Of a stretch of DNA of 32,000 nt, positions 7,904-15,597 are shown piece by piece. The position numbers and the translations under genes were made by a program. The number at the start of each line of letters is the position of its first letter. Positions within the stretch are counted from its first letter, which is position 1. Origin of the DNA: Rhodobacter capsulatus SB 1003 (GTDB lineage Bacteria; Pseudomonadota; Alphaproteobacteria; Rhodobacterales; Rhodobacteraceae); the NCBI RefSeq assembly GCF_000021865.1, contig NC_014034.1, positions 2,430,001-2,462,000 on the forward strand. Direction: 5' to 3'. The notes under the pieces are model-generated. The model was not told the origin of the DNA and made no database searches. It saw nothing but the letters and a program-made list of their open reading frames with translations.

Positions 7904-8808
7904 CGCTTGTCGCCAATATCCAGGTCGGCAACGAAGTCGAGCTGATCGAACAGCACATCGCCTATCATCTGGCGCTGGGCGTGGACGGGTTCGTGATCGC
8001 GGACATGGCCTCGGTCGATGGCACCTCCGAGATCCTGGACCGCTACCGCGGCGACCGCCGCTTCGTCCTGCGCAAGTTCGAGACCGAGGCGCTGATCAAT
8101 GCCGAGGGCGTGCATACGGCCGCGGTCGGGCGCTGGATGCTGCAGGCCACCCGCGACCACTTTGCCCCGGACTGGGTGATCCGGATGGATGCCGACGAGT
8201 TTCTCTATCCGGCGGGCGATCTTGGCGCCTGCCTTGCGGCGCTCGGCCCCGGGGCCGCCTTTCAGATCGCGCGGCGCAACGTGATCTTCGCCGAGGGGCA
8301 GCCGATCCCGGCGATCCCGCAGACGCAAGATGCCCTTGCCGCCTTCGAGATCGTGGCGCAGCCGGTCAGGACCTCCCGGCGGGACTATGCCGGCGACGAC
8401 AGCCTGCCGCTGATCCTGACCGAGGTCGGCCCGAAGGTGATCGCCCGCGCCGATCAGGTTGCGGCCTATGCGACGGGCGGGCATGGCACGCTGGACCGCG
8501 CGGGCGAACGGATCGAGGCGCCCGCGGCCAGGGGGCTGCTGCTGGTGCATTTCTGGTTCACCACGCCGGGCCGCTTTCTGCGCAAGGCGCGGTTCACCGC
8601 CGAGACCGAGGCGCTTTTGCGCCACCATCCGCAGGCGCCGAAGGGCTGGCAATGGTCGCGCTGGGCGGGGCTGGCGCAGCCCGGCGACGCCGAAAGCGCG
8701 GCGGCGGTCATGCGCGAATATCAGCGCCAGTTTCCCGACGCCGCCCGTCTTGACGCGCTGCGCGGCGCCGGGGTCGTCTGCGCTGTCGCATCGCATGGTG
8801 CCCTATGA
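7900..8808 (+). CDS. Glycosyltransferase family 2-like protein (Glyco_tranf_2_4-type)
   Basis: N-terminus VANIQVGNEVELIEQHIAYHLALGVDGFVIADMASVDGTSEIL and DxD-type motif IRMDADEF. ATGA overlap with the upstream gene. Confidence 0.65.
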   Translation: MTLVANIQVGNEVELIEQHIAYHLALGVDGFVIADMASVDGTSEILDRYRGDRRFVLRKFETEALINAEGVHTAAVGRWMLQATRDHFAPDWVIRMDADEFLYPAGDLGACLAALGPGAAFQIARRNVIFAEGQPIPAIPQTQDALAAFEIVAQPVRTSRRDYAGDDSLPLILTEVGPKVIARADQVAAYATGGHGTLDRAGERIEAPAARGLLLVHFWFTTPGRFLRKARFTAETEALLRHHPQAPKGWQWSRWAGLAQPGDAESAAAVMREYQRQFPDAARLDALRGAGVVCAVASHGAL

Positions 8809-9764
8809 TGGCGCGGCGGATGTCTTCGCTCTGGCGGCGTCAGGGCCGCATTCTTGCCCCGGCGGATCTTGACGGGATCCGGCTTGTGCAATGCCCGACC
8901 GGCTGGCAGCTGCCGAACGGGCTTTTGCGCATCGCCGCCGCCTGCCGCAACGCTTCGAATGTCTCGATCCTGCAGGTGATGGATTGCGACCCGGCGCAGG
9001 GCATGAAGATCGTGCGGCCGCCGCGGATCGAGCCCGTCGCGCTGGAGGCGATCGCGCGGGGCGGTCTGGCGGGCATCGGCCCCTGCGACGCGCTTTGGGA
9101 CGGCGCGGAGCTGCTGCTCGCGACCTCCTCGATCACGCTGCGCGGGCGCCTTTACGATGCCGGGATCGAGGTGATGACCAGCCGCGATGGCGGCACCACC
9201 TTCACGCCGCCGCGCGGGCTGCTCGGCCCGGCCGAGAACGGCGGCTTTCCGGTCTCGATGCCCTGCCTGCGGCGGCTGGCCGGGGGCGACTGGCGGATGT
9301 GGTTCACCGCCTTCACCGAATGGCGCCCCGAGGTGCAGCCGACCCCGGACGCGCGCTATTGCATCCGCTCGGCGCGCTCGGCGGACGGGATCACCTGGAC
9401 GGTGGACCCGGCCCCGGCGATCGCGCGCGGTCCGGGCGAGGCGGGGCTGGCGCGGCCGACCGTTCTGGAAGGGCCCGAGGGGCTGGAGATGTGGTTCAGC
9501 GCCCGCGGCCCCTATGCGCCGGAGGATCCGAGCCTGCGGCGGTACCGGCTCTGCCATGCCCGATCTGACGACGGCACGCAGTGGCAGCGCGCCGACGACC
9601 GGCACGGCTTTTGCAACCCGCCCGCGCCCGACGACTGGGACGGGCAGATGCAATGCTACCCCACCGTGCTGCGGCTGGCGGATGGACGGCAGGTGATGCT
9701 TTATTGCGGCAACGGCTACGGCGCGGCGGGCTTCGGCTGGGCAAGCCGCGAAACGCAGGACTGA
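8805..9764 (+). CDS. Hypothetical protein, predicted beta-propeller (Asp-box/BNR- or GH32/43-like)
   Basis: Three S-x-D-G-x-x-W/F motifs (SRDGGTTF ~aa126, SADGITW ~aa192, SDDGTQW ~aa254) at 62-66 aa spacing. Recurrent W-F/MWF strands. ATGA overlap with the glycosyltransferase gene. No obvious signal peptide. Confidence 0.55.
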   Translation: MMARRMSSLWRRQGRILAPADLDGIRLVQCPTGWQLPNGLLRIAAACRNASNVSILQVMDCDPAQGMKIVRPPRIEPVALEAIARGGLAGIGPCDALWDGAELLLATSSITLRGRLYDAGIEVMTSRDGGTTFTPPRGLLGPAENGGFPVSMPCLRRLAGGDWRMWFTAFTEWRPEVQPTPDARYCIRSARSADGITWTVDPAPAIARGPGEAGLARPTVLEGPEGLEMWFSARGPYAPEDPSLRRYRLCHARSDDGTQWQRADDRHGFCNPPAPDDWDGQMQCYPTVLRLADGRQVMLYCGNGYGAAGFGWASRETQD

Positions 9765-9766
9765 GG

Positions 9767-9782
9767 GCGGGCGGCTGCCCGC
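9767..9782. terminator. Short GC hairpin between convergent genes (possible bidirectional terminator)
   Basis: gcgggc-ggct-gcccgc (6-bp stem, 4-nt loop) in the 21-nt gap between the stops at 9764 (+) and 9786 (-). There is no U-tract. Confidence 0.25.
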
Positions 9783-9785
9783 GCC

Positions 9786-10550
9786 TCACAGGATCTCGCC
9801 GCCGTCGATCACCAGCGCCAGCCCGGTCACGAAGGAAGAGCGGTCGGAGGCAAGATAGACGATGCCCTCGGCAACCTCGGCCGTGCTGGCCCAGCGCCCC
9901 ATCGGGATCGTTTCGGCCACATAGGCTTCAAGCGCCGCGCGCCCGCCCATCTGGGTTTCGAACCCGGCATTGAAAGGCGTGTCGACAAAGCCCGGGCAAA
10001 GCGCGTTGAAGCGGATGTTTTCGCGCGCATAATCGGCCGCCATCTGGCGCACCATCGCCACCGCGGCATGTTTCGTCGTGGCATAGGAAATCATGCCGCG
10101 ATCATATTGGCAGCCGGAATTCGAGGCGGTGACGATCACCGATCCGCCGCCTTGCGCCCGCATCGGCGCCACCACCGCCTGCGCCAGCACGAAATGCGCC
10201 CGCACGTTCAGCGCCCAGGCCAGATCCATCTGCGCCGCGCTGACCTCTTCGAGCTTGCCGGGGATCTGGATCCCGGCGTGGGAATGCAGCACGTCCAGCC
10301 GCCCGTGCCGCGCCAGCACCCCCGCCACCACCGCCGCGATCGCCGCATCGTCGCGCACATCGAGCGCGGCACTTTCCGCCTGACCGCCCGCCGCACGGAT
10401 TTCCCCGGCGGTGGCGGCGGCCAGACCCGCGTCGAGATCGGTGACGACCAGCCGCGCCCCCTCGTCCGCCATCGCAATGGCGCCCGCGCGGCCAATTCCC
10501 GACCCTGCGGCGGTCACCAGCGCGACCCGCCCGTCCAAGCATCCGGTCAT
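9786..10550 (-). CDS. Short-chain dehydrogenase/reductase (SDR) family oxidoreductase
   Basis: TAAGSGIGRA cofactor motif. The NSG...YATTKHA catalytic region (YxxxK). PG...T C-terminal motif. AGGAGA SD. It lies 10 nt downstream of the permease gene stop, so it is probably the last gene of the transporter operon. Confidence 0.9.
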   Translation of the reverse strand: MTGCLDGRVALVTAAGSGIGRAGAIAMADEGARLVVTDLDAGLAAATAGEIRAAGGQAESAALDVRDDAAIAAVVAGVLARHGRLDVLHSHAGIQIPGKLEEVSAAQMDLAWALNVRAHFVLAQAVVAPMRAQGGGSVIVTASNSGCQYDRGMISYATTKHAAVAMVRQMAADYARENIRFNALCPGFVDTPFNAGFETQMGGRAALEAYVAETIPMGRWASTAEVAEGIVYLASDRSSFVTGLALVIDGGEIL

Positions 10551-10560
10551 TTCCTGTCTC

Positions 10561-11367
10561 CTATTGAGGGTTGGGCTTCTCGCCGCGGCGCAGGGTGATC
10601 TGCGCGATCACCAGCATCAGCAGCGACACCGCCATCACCATCGTGCCGATGGCATTGATTTCGGGCGTCACCCCGCGCCGGATCGACGAGAAGATGTAGA
10701 TCGGCAGCGTCGTTTCCGACCCCGCGACGAAAAAGGCGATGATGAAATCATCGAAACTGAAGGTGAAGCTGAGCAGGAACCCCGCCAGGATCGCCGGGGC
10801 CAGAAGCGGCAGCGTCACCTGCCGGAAGGTGGCCAGGGGCCCTGCCCCCAGATCGGCAGAGGCCTCCAGCAGCGCGCGGTCCATCCCCTCGATCCGCGCC
10901 CGGACCAGGATGATGACCAGCGACATGGTGAAAAGCCCATGCGCCGCGATCAGCGAGCCCGCCCCCATCGACAGCCGCCAGCCCGTCGCGCCCTCAAGCC
11001 AGGGGTTGACCGCATCAAAGACGGTGACAAGGGCGATCAGCGTGGCAATGCCGATCACGATGCCCGGGATCATCACCGCGATATAGATCAGCGCATCGAA
11101 GAGCGTGCGCAAACGTCCCTTCATCCCGCTCAGCGCCAGCGCGGCCAGCGTGCCGACGATGCTGGCCAGCACCGCCGAGGAGAGCGCGATCAGCGCCGAG
11201 GTCTGCAGCGCATCGAGCACGAAAGGGTTCGACAGCGCCCGGCCATACCACTGGGTCGAAAATCCCTGCATCTGGCTGGCATTGCGACCGGCGGAAAAGC
11301 TGAACAGCGCGATGATGCCGATCGGCAGATACAGGAAGGCATAGACGACGAAAGCGTAAAGTCTCAT
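10561..11367 (-). CDS. ABC transporter permease, PotC/PotI-like
   Basis: Six hydrophobic segments. N-terminus YAFLYLPIGIIALFSF and an EAA-like loop (LLEASADLGAGPLATFRQVTLPLLAP), typical of spermidine/putrescine-type permeases. Confidence 0.85.
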   Translation of the reverse strand: MRLYAFVVYAFLYLPIGIIALFSFSAGRNASQMQGFSTQWYGRALSNPFVLDALQTSALIALSSAVLASIVGTLAALALSGMKGRLRTLFDALIYIAVMIPGIVIGIATLIALVTVFDAVNPWLEGATGWRLSMGAGSLIAAHGLFTMSLVIILVRARIEGMDRALLEASADLGAGPLATFRQVTLPLLAPAILAGFLLSFTFSFDDFIIAFFVAGSETTLPIYIFSSIRRGVTPEINAIGTMVMAVSLLMLVIAQITLRRGEKPNPQ

Positions 11368-11374
11368 GGCGCCC

Positions 11375-12232
11375 TCACATCAGACCGACATCGTCGCGCG
11401 CCGCGCCGATGCGTTTGAGAAACCGCATGTAAAGCGTCACCGTGACCAGCATGATTGCCACCAGCGTCACGGCAAGCGCCGAGCCGAAGGCCCAGTTGCG
11501 CGATTGCAGGAAGAGATCGACAAGCGCATTGCCGACGAAGAAGACCTTGCCGCCGCCCAGCATCTGCGGGATCAGATATTCCCCCATCAAGAGGATGAAG
11601 ACGAGCATCGATCCGGTCGCCACCCCGGGCAGCGACAAAGGCAGGGTGATCTGCACAAAGCTGCGCCAGGGCGGCGCCCCCAGATCCCCGGCCGCCTCCA
11701 GCAGCCGCCGGTCAAGCTTTTCCAGGCTGACATAGATCGGAAACACCATCAGCGGCAGATAGCCATAGACGATGCCCACGAGAACCGCGAAAGGCGTGTT
11801 GATCAGCCGCAGATCGCCCAGCCCCAGATCGGACAGAAGCTGCGGAATGCCGCGCCCGCCCAGAAGAAAGATCCACGCATAGCTGCGGATCAGGATCGAG
11901 GTCCAGAACGGCACGATCACCAGCACCAGAAGCGTCGTGCGCCAGCGCGCCGTGACCCGCAGGGCCAGGAAATAGGCCAGCGGATAGGCGATCAGAAGCG
12001 CCGCCAGCGTTCCCGCAGGCGCCAAAAGCAGCGTGTTTTGCAACGCCGTCCAGCGCGCGCCAAGATTGGCATATTGCGCCAGGGTGAAGGCCGGGGCGTA
12101 GCCGCCCGCAGCCCCCCTTTCGCCAAAGGAATAGACCAGAACGACGATCAGCGGCAGCACCAGCAGCACCGCATACCAAAGCCCCGCCGGGGCCAGCAGG
12201 ATCGCGCGCGCCATTCGTTGCGAGATCGCCAT
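11375..12232 (-). CDS. ABC transporter permease, PotB/PotH-like
   Basis: EAA loop LLEAAGDLGAPPWRSFVQITLPLSLPG. A multi-TM profile. An 8-nt gap to the next permease. Confidence 0.85.
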   Translation of the reverse strand: MAISQRMARAILLAPAGLWYAVLLVLPLIVVLVYSFGERGAAGGYAPAFTLAQYANLGARWTALQNTLLLAPAGTLAALLIAYPLAYFLALRVTARWRTTLLVLVIVPFWTSILIRSYAWIFLLGGRGIPQLLSDLGLGDLRLINTPFAVLVGIVYGYLPLMVFPIYVSLEKLDRRLLEAAGDLGAPPWRSFVQITLPLSLPGVATGSMLVFILLMGEYLIPQMLGGGKVFFVGNALVDLFLQSRNWAFGSALAVTLVAIMLVTVTLYMRFLKRIGAARDDVGLM

Positions 12233-12242
12233 CTTGCCCCCC

Positions 12243-13397
12243 TCAGGCCGATTTGAACCGCGCCATCAGCTCGGCACGGTTCGGGTCGGTCAAGGTCGCC
12301 GCGGCGCCGAATTCGAGCGCGTTCAGCAGCTCGGCCGCCGGATGCAGGATCGGATCGTTCAGCAGCTCGGCGGGGAGCTGCGCATTGACCCGGGCATCGG
12401 CCACCGGGAAACCATGCGCCAGCGCCTCGCGCGCATTGACCTGCGGATCGATCAGGAAATTCAAAAGCGCATAGGCGGCGTCGCGATGGGGCGCATTCTT
12501 CGGGATCGCATAGTAATCCGACCAGATCTCGCCGCCCTCCTTGCCCAGCGCGAACTGGATTTCGGGCAGGTCGCGGTTAAGCTGCTTGCCCTCGCCGGTC
12601 CAGCACATCGTCAGCCAGGCATCGCCATTGCGCATCGGCGGCTGATAATCCGAGGTGATCGCGAAGAGATGCGGTTTCACCTCGATCAGCAGCTTCTCGG
12701 CCTCGGCCAATTCGGCCGGATCGACCGAGTTGAAGGAATAGCCGAAATATTTCAACGCACTGCCGATCGTCGTCAGTTGATAGTCATGCACGATCGTGCG
12801 GCCCGAAAAATCAGTTCGGGTGACATCGAAGAACTCTTTCCAGCTGGTGAAGGGCGCCTTTGCCTTGCCCGAATCCCAGGCCATGCCGGTCGTGCCCCAG
12901 TTCTTCGGCACGGCATAAAGCTTGCCGCCGACGGTCCCCGCCTCGGCAAAGCGCGCCTCGAAGGCGGCGGCGTCGTAATTGGGCAGTTTCGACAGATCGA
13001 GCGGTTCGATCAGATCGGCCTCGACATAGGTGGTGATGGTGTAATTCGTCGGCACGAACAGATCCCAGCCCGAGCCGCCCGCCTGCAGCTTGGCCAGCAT
13101 CTCCTCGTTCGAGCCGAAGACATTGACCTGCACCGCGGCGCCGGTCTGATCGCGGAAGAGGTCGAAATTCGCCGCGTCGTGATAATTCGGCCAGGTGGCC
13201 AGGATGACGCGGTCGCCGATGTCGCCCGCCAGCGCGGGGCCCGGGCGCAGCATCGGCAGCGTGCCGCCCAGAACCGCCATCGCCGTGCCCAGCCCGGTCA
13301 CGCCCAGAAAGTGGCGCCGGGTCACCGATCCCTTGCGGTAGCGGTGCAATTCTTCCATGAACTTCTGCCGGGTGATCGGCGTGTCATCGGTTTTCAT
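12243..13397 (-). CDS. Periplasmic substrate-binding protein, PotD/PotF family, with a Tat-like signal
   Basis: Twin-arginine motif TRRHFLGVTGLGTAMAVLG. Mature part ILATWPNYHD...FVPTNY...WGTTGMAW, typical of polyamine-type SBPs. AAGGGA lies 8 nt before the ATG. An internal Met at 13358 is an alternative start. Confidence 0.85.
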   Translation of the reverse strand: MKTDDTPITRQKFMEELHRYRKGSVTRRHFLGVTGLGTAMAVLGGTLPMLRPGPALAGDIGDRVILATWPNYHDAANFDLFRDQTGAAVQVNVFGSNEEMLAKLQAGGSGWDLFVPTNYTITTYVEADLIEPLDLSKLPNYDAAAFEARFAEAGTVGGKLYAVPKNWGTTGMAWDSGKAKAPFTSWKEFFDVTRTDFSGRTIVHDYQLTTIGSALKYFGYSFNSVDPAELAEAEKLLIEVKPHLFAITSDYQPPMRNGDAWLTMCWTGEGKQLNRDLPEIQFALGKEGGEIWSDYYAIPKNAPHRDAAYALLNFLIDPQVNAREALAHGFPVADARVNAQLPAELLNDPILHPAAELLNALEFGAAATLTDPNRAELMARFKSA

Positions 13398-13421
13398 CTG
13401 TCGGATCCCTTGTTGGAGAGG

Positions 13422-14549
13422 TCAGTCCTGGCCCAGGATCAGGCCCGCGCCCGCATCCCAGAGAACGTGGAGCATCACGCCCACGTCTGCGCCCGGCAGT
13501 GCTCTTTCGGCCTGTCTGGGCAGCATGACCTGCAACGCCCCGAGAACCGGATGCGCCAGCAGATATTCGATATGTTCGCCATAAAAGGTCATGTGGGTGA
13601 CCCTCGCCGCGATCGCGGGCACGCCCGGTTCGGGCGCCAGCGCCAGCCGCAGCGCCTCGGGGCGGATCGCCACCTCGACCGCGGCGCCCGCGGGGGCGAC
13701 AAAGGGCGCGGTGACCTCGACGCGCAGCCCGTCCGCCAGCTCGACCTCGGCCCGTCCCCCGGTCGTCGCGCGGACACGGGCGGGCAGGATATTGGCGCGG
13801 CCGACGAAATCGGCAACGTAACGGTTGGCGGGCGTGTCATAAAGCTCGCGCGGGGTGCCGATCTGCATGATCCGGCCCTTGCCCATGATGCAGATCCGGT
13901 CCGACATCGAGAGCGCCTCCTGCTGGTCATGGGTGACCAGAATGAAGGTGATGCCAAGGCTGCGCTGCAGGCTGAGCAGTTCCATCTGCATCTCGGCGCG
14001 CAGCTTGGCATCCAGCGCCGCCATCGGCTCGTCCAGCAGCAGGATCTTCGGCTCGTTGACAATGGCCCGGGCCAGCGCCACGCGCTGCTGCTGCCCGCCC
14101 GACATCTGCCAGATCCGCCGCGGCCCGAAATCGCCCAGCCGCACCGTGTCCAGCGCCTTCGCCACCCGCCCCGCAATCTCGGCCCTGGGCAGTTTCGGGC
14201 GGCGCTGGCGCAGCCCGTAGGCGACATTTTCGGCCACCGTCATGTGCGGAAACAGCGCGTAATGCTGAAACACCATGTTGACCGGGCGGCGATAGGCGGG
14301 CTCGGAGGCCAGTTCCCGCCCGTCGATCAGGATCGTGCCCTCGGTCGGGGTCTCGAAGCCCGCCAGCATCCGCAGCGCCGTCGTCTTGCCGCAGCCCGAG
14401 GGGCCGAGGAAGGAGAGAAATTCCCCCTTCCGGATCCGGAGGTTCAAGCTGTCAGCTGCCAGAACCGCGCCGAAGCGCTTGCTCGTATTGACGAATTCCG
14501 CAATGGATTCGCTGGCGCCGACGGTGTGGTGCCCCGTCGCTTCTGTCAT
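13422..14549 (-). CDS. ABC transporter ATP-binding protein, PotA-like
   Basis: Walker A GPSGCGKTT, signature SGGQQQRVALARA, Walker B LLLDEP, and a C-terminal TOBE-like regulatory domain. Confidence 0.9.
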   Translation of the reverse strand: MTEATGHHTVGASESIAEFVNTSKRFGAVLAADSLNLRIRKGEFLSFLGPSGCGKTTALRMLAGFETPTEGTILIDGRELASEPAYRRPVNMVFQHYALFPHMTVAENVAYGLRQRRPKLPRAEIAGRVAKALDTVRLGDFGPRRIWQMSGGQQQRVALARAIVNEPKILLLDEPMAALDAKLRAEMQMELLSLQRSLGITFILVTHDQQEALSMSDRICIMGKGRIMQIGTPRELYDTPANRYVADFVGRANILPARVRATTGGRAEVELADGLRVEVTAPFVAPAGAAVEVAIRPEALRLALAPEPGVPAIAARVTHMTFYGEHIEYLLAHPVLGALQVMLPRQAERALPGADVGVMLHVLWDAGAGLILGQD

Positions 14550-14671
14550 GTGATCGTCTTTCCCTGTCGGTCAACCCTTTGGCGGGCTATCCCTTGATTT
14601 GCAGAAAATCCTAAGCAACACTGCAGGCGTTGTATATATCACAAAAAGCATACCGGCAGAGGGAAGACGAA
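14550..14671. promoter_or_regulatory. Divergent promoter/operator region (transporter operon vs LuxR-type regulator)
   Basis: This 122-nt spacer contains the most AT-rich stretch of the window (ttgtatatatcacaaaaagcata, 14630-14652). It also has two self-palindromic PstI-like hexamers, TTGCAG (14599-14604) and CTGCAG (14621-14626), spaced 22 bp centre to centre. Confidence 0.4.
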
Positions 14672-15463
14672 ATGGAGCGGGAATGGATCGCCTGCAGCGC
14701 CCGCGTGGTCGAGGTGCTGGACAGCGCCGAATTCGCACCCGCGCTGGTGGCGGCGCTGCGCAGCGTGACCCCGTTCGAACACAGCGTCACCTTTGCCTAT
14801 TACCGGGATTTCCGCCCCATCGCGCTGCATGACGATTTCCCGGACTGGAAGCGGCAGGTGATGGTGGCGGATTATCAGGCCGGGCCCTATCTGCTCGATC
14901 CGTTCTATCTGCAGTCGATGGCGCCGCTGGTGCCGCGGCTGGTGCGGCTGCGCGATCTGGCGCCCGACCGCTTCTATCAAGGCGAATATTTCCGCAATTA
15001 CTATGTCCGGACCGAGCTGGCCGAGGAGATCGGCTTCATGCTGGATGCGGGCGGCGGGGTCAGCGTGGTGATTTCGGCGATGCGCGAAAGCCGGGCCTTT
15101 TCCGCGAGGGAATTCAAGGCCTTGCAAGAGGTCTTTCCGTTCGTTGCGGCGGCCGCGCGGCGCAACTGGGAGGGGCTTGCAAGCCGCTTCACCGCCGGGG
15201 CCGCCCCCTCGCCCGGGCCGCAGCTGGCCGAGCTGATCGAGCGCGCCTTTCGCAATGTCGGGCGCAACCTGCTGACCCCGCGCGAGCGCGAGATCGTCGA
15301 ATTCGCGCTCAAGGGCTATTCCGCCGAGGCGACAAGCCAGGCGCTTGCGATCTCGCCGGGGACGGTGCGGATCCACAAGCGCAACATCTACAGCAAGCTG
15401 CGCATCAGCTCTCAGGGCGAGCTGTTTTCGCATTTCATCGCGGCGCTGGCAGAGCTGGACTGA
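14672..15463 (+). CDS. LuxR-family transcriptional regulator (C-terminal GerE/LuxR HTH, N-terminal putative ligand domain)
   Basis: HTH LTPREREIVEFALKGYSAEATSQALAISPGTVRIHKRNIYSKLRISSQGELF. The ATG at 14672 lies 7 nt after AGAGGGA. The track ORF starts at an upstream TTG (14630). Confidence 0.8.
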   Translation: MEREWIACSARVVEVLDSAEFAPALVAALRSVTPFEHSVTFAYYRDFRPIALHDDFPDWKRQVMVADYQAGPYLLDPFYLQSMAPLVPRLVRLRDLAPDRFYQGEYFRNYYVRTELAEEIGFMLDAGGGVSVVISAMRESRAFSAREFKALQEVFPFVAAAARRNWEGLASRFTAGAAPSPGPQLAELIERAFRNVGRNLLTPREREIVEFALKGYSAEATSQALAISPGTVRIHKRNIYSKLRISSQGELFSHFIAALAELD

Positions 15464-15597
15464 CGGCCAAGCGCGGCCGCAGCTGCCCCGGGGACCCCGC
15501 GCAGCCGGTTTTTGCCAAAACACCGGCGGTCTTCAGAAGGATATTTCACCGCCGGGCGCATAGGCTGTCGCCACCCCGCTCAGGACAGGAGACCCCT

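Noticed and set aside
2799-9764. The glycan locus as a mobile genomic island
   Set aside because: There is no flanking tRNA, integrase, transposase or direct repeat in the window. Only a local GC dip at 3941-4060 was seen. Accessory status remains a hypothesis to be tested by comparative genomics.
12234-14597. A 787-aa plus-strand ORF, together with similar giants at 19459..22080 (-, 873 aa), 26635..29610 (+, 991 aa), 29349..31373 (+, 674 aa), 1825..2913 (-), 10411..11418 (+), 11366..12256 (+), 22028..23392 (-), 23142..24635 (-), 24670..25992 (-) and 24846..25835 (+)
   Set aside because: All lie antisense to or off-frame from genes with strong family motifs. All have the Arg/Pro/Gly/His/Gln-rich, motif-free composition expected of shadow frames in GC-rich DNA. 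None has a plausible SD/start context.
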